A DNA stretch of 64,000 nucleotides, taken from Eledone cirrhosa. Taxonomy: Eukaryota. The notes under the pieces are model-generated. The model saw only the letters and a program-made list of their open reading frames with translations. It ran no database searches and had not been told where the DNA came from. The translations under genes were made by a program, and so were the position numbers. Of the stretch, positions 62,401 through 64,000 are shown piece after piece; the first letter of the stretch is position 1, and every line of letters starts with the position of its first letter. The stretch lies in NCBI GenBank assembly GCA_964016885.1, contig OZ024743.1, positions 30,442,001-30,506,000 on the forward strand. Direction: 5' to 3'.

Positions 62401-62665
62401 AAAACAGTGAGGGAAGGACCCGTCCAACCCATGTAAGCATGGAAAAGCAGACGTAAAAACGATAATTTTTGTATACATATATATATATATATATATAAAG
62501 AAATTTTTTCCAATACCATCCCGCCCGTCACCTCAATCTATCTTATTTCTCATGCTTTCTTCTGATGAAGGACTAGCGTCGGAATCGTTAAAATACTTTT
62601 CATGTTATATCAAGGGTTAACCTAATATATCCTTTCCATATATTGTGTTGCTATTTCTGTTCAAC

Positions 62666-62797
<132 letters not shown>

Positions 62798-62859
62798 ATC
62801 TGACATATATTAGGGCTAATCTTGTCCAGCAACCCCACCATCCTCTGTCCCTGAATGGA

Positions 62860-63680
62860 TGTCCGGTGCTTAATAGAGTAACCGCACCTATCTTGGAGTA
62901 ATGCTCTTGAATTTACTGGGGTATAGCACCTCTCTCTCCACTCTCACCTTCCTTCTGAAGTGATACTTAAAGAAGGGATAAGTTGTTGTCCGGAGAGAAA
63001 GGCGTTTGCCTTCAGTCCTTTTAACCTCGTCCACCATATTACCTCTTTCGTCATAGCCATCAGACAGAGGAAAACCACCTCTCCTTCGTTCTTAAATGAA
63101 AGCGGCGGGTTGATCCTCACGATGGACTCGGCTGACAACTGGATGCGTCCCACACATGCCAGCAGCTGTTCGACATAATTCCACAGGTCGGTCACCCCTG
63201 GGCACTGAATAATTGCGTGCAGAACGGTTTCGATGTCCTGCTCGCAATTTGGACAGGTCCTTTTGGCAGGAACTCTACGCGAGCGTCCGTGCCTGTAGAA
63301 TTTGTCTCGAACTGGTAGAGATCCTCGGTAGCACTGCCAGGCCAGAGACCTCTGGAAGTTATCCATAGGCCCTGGACGGAAATCCTCCCGAACAGACTGG
63401 TCAGTTCGTCCTTCTCGATGCCTAGAGTTTCCCCGAGAACGTCGTTGCACTTATCCTCCCCTAATTTCCTATAGAATGTCGAAGTGGAGTCTCCGCTGAT
63501 TGCTGTTTCCGCTTAGTAGAGGGCTGTGAGCGCCTGTAGGCACTCGAGGTGCCAGGCACCCATATTCCGTCTTCGCTTGACCCAGAACTGCAGCTCTGTT
63601 AGTCAGACGAGTTGTGGAAGAGCTTGACTCACAAACGACAGCCACACCGGTTCACCGGTCAATAATACATGGAATATTGT
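62860..63680 (-). mobile_element. L1/Tx1-type LINE 3' fragment (zf-RVT-like zinc knuckle), decayed
   Basis: ORF 62944..63450: RSLAWQCYRGSLPVRDK..CPNCEQDIETVLHAIIQCP..LW..IWWTR. Confidence 0.78.
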
Positions 63681-64000
63681 GTCATTGAAGCTCCCCAGTT
63701 GCATCATGGGCCACACTAGCTCTGCAGTGCTATAGTGCTGCATCCTAGCTTCAAAGTGCCCTATTTTTACGACACTATTTCCCACGTGCCATAGGGGGAG
63801 CACCTTAGCTCTTCATTTCCACAATAATTGCCATAGTGTACCACCCTATTTCGACAGTGCAATATTTTTCCATCCTCTCTCCCCATTGCTATAAGGGGCT
63901 AGCTTCATATGTCCATACTATTTCACTGAAGCTTCTATATTGTGACAACCTAGCCCCGCAGTTCCATATGGTGACCCCTAGGTCTGAAGAGCTGTATTTT

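Noticed and set aside
62555-62595. CTGATGA followed by a weak hairpin (also 58881, ~299 and ~19550)
   Set aside because: GAAA or the stems are missing; at best these are dead ribozyme relics.

Overview
Eukaryotic, AT-rich, repeat-saturated DNA with no confidently identifiable host gene. The tRNA-derived SINE family suggests an octopod cephalopod (inference). The window is dominated by Penelope-like retroelements (PLEs; RT plus C-terminal GIY-YIG endonuclease) of about four protein types, mostly inserted into (TA)n microsatellites. The main element is an ~8.8-kb near-perfect palindrome (35302-44090, centre 39696) made of two head-to-head copies, each with an intact 819-aa RT/GIY-YIG ORF and pseudo-LTRs (pLTRs). 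Decayed CR1/L2-, RTE- and L1/Tx1-type LINE fragments, SINEs, many fold-back hairpins and a 200-N gap are also present. Manual folding finds about 20 type-I hammerhead ribozyme (HHR) motifs in about 10 sequence families. Three unrelated families carry the compensatory U3-A8 core (UUGANAA instead of CUGANGA), including a 591-bp tandem array that resembles a large retrozyme-like unit, and two families carry a C4 core (CCGAAGA). All structures were folded by eye, and clade names come from remembered motifs rather than database searches.
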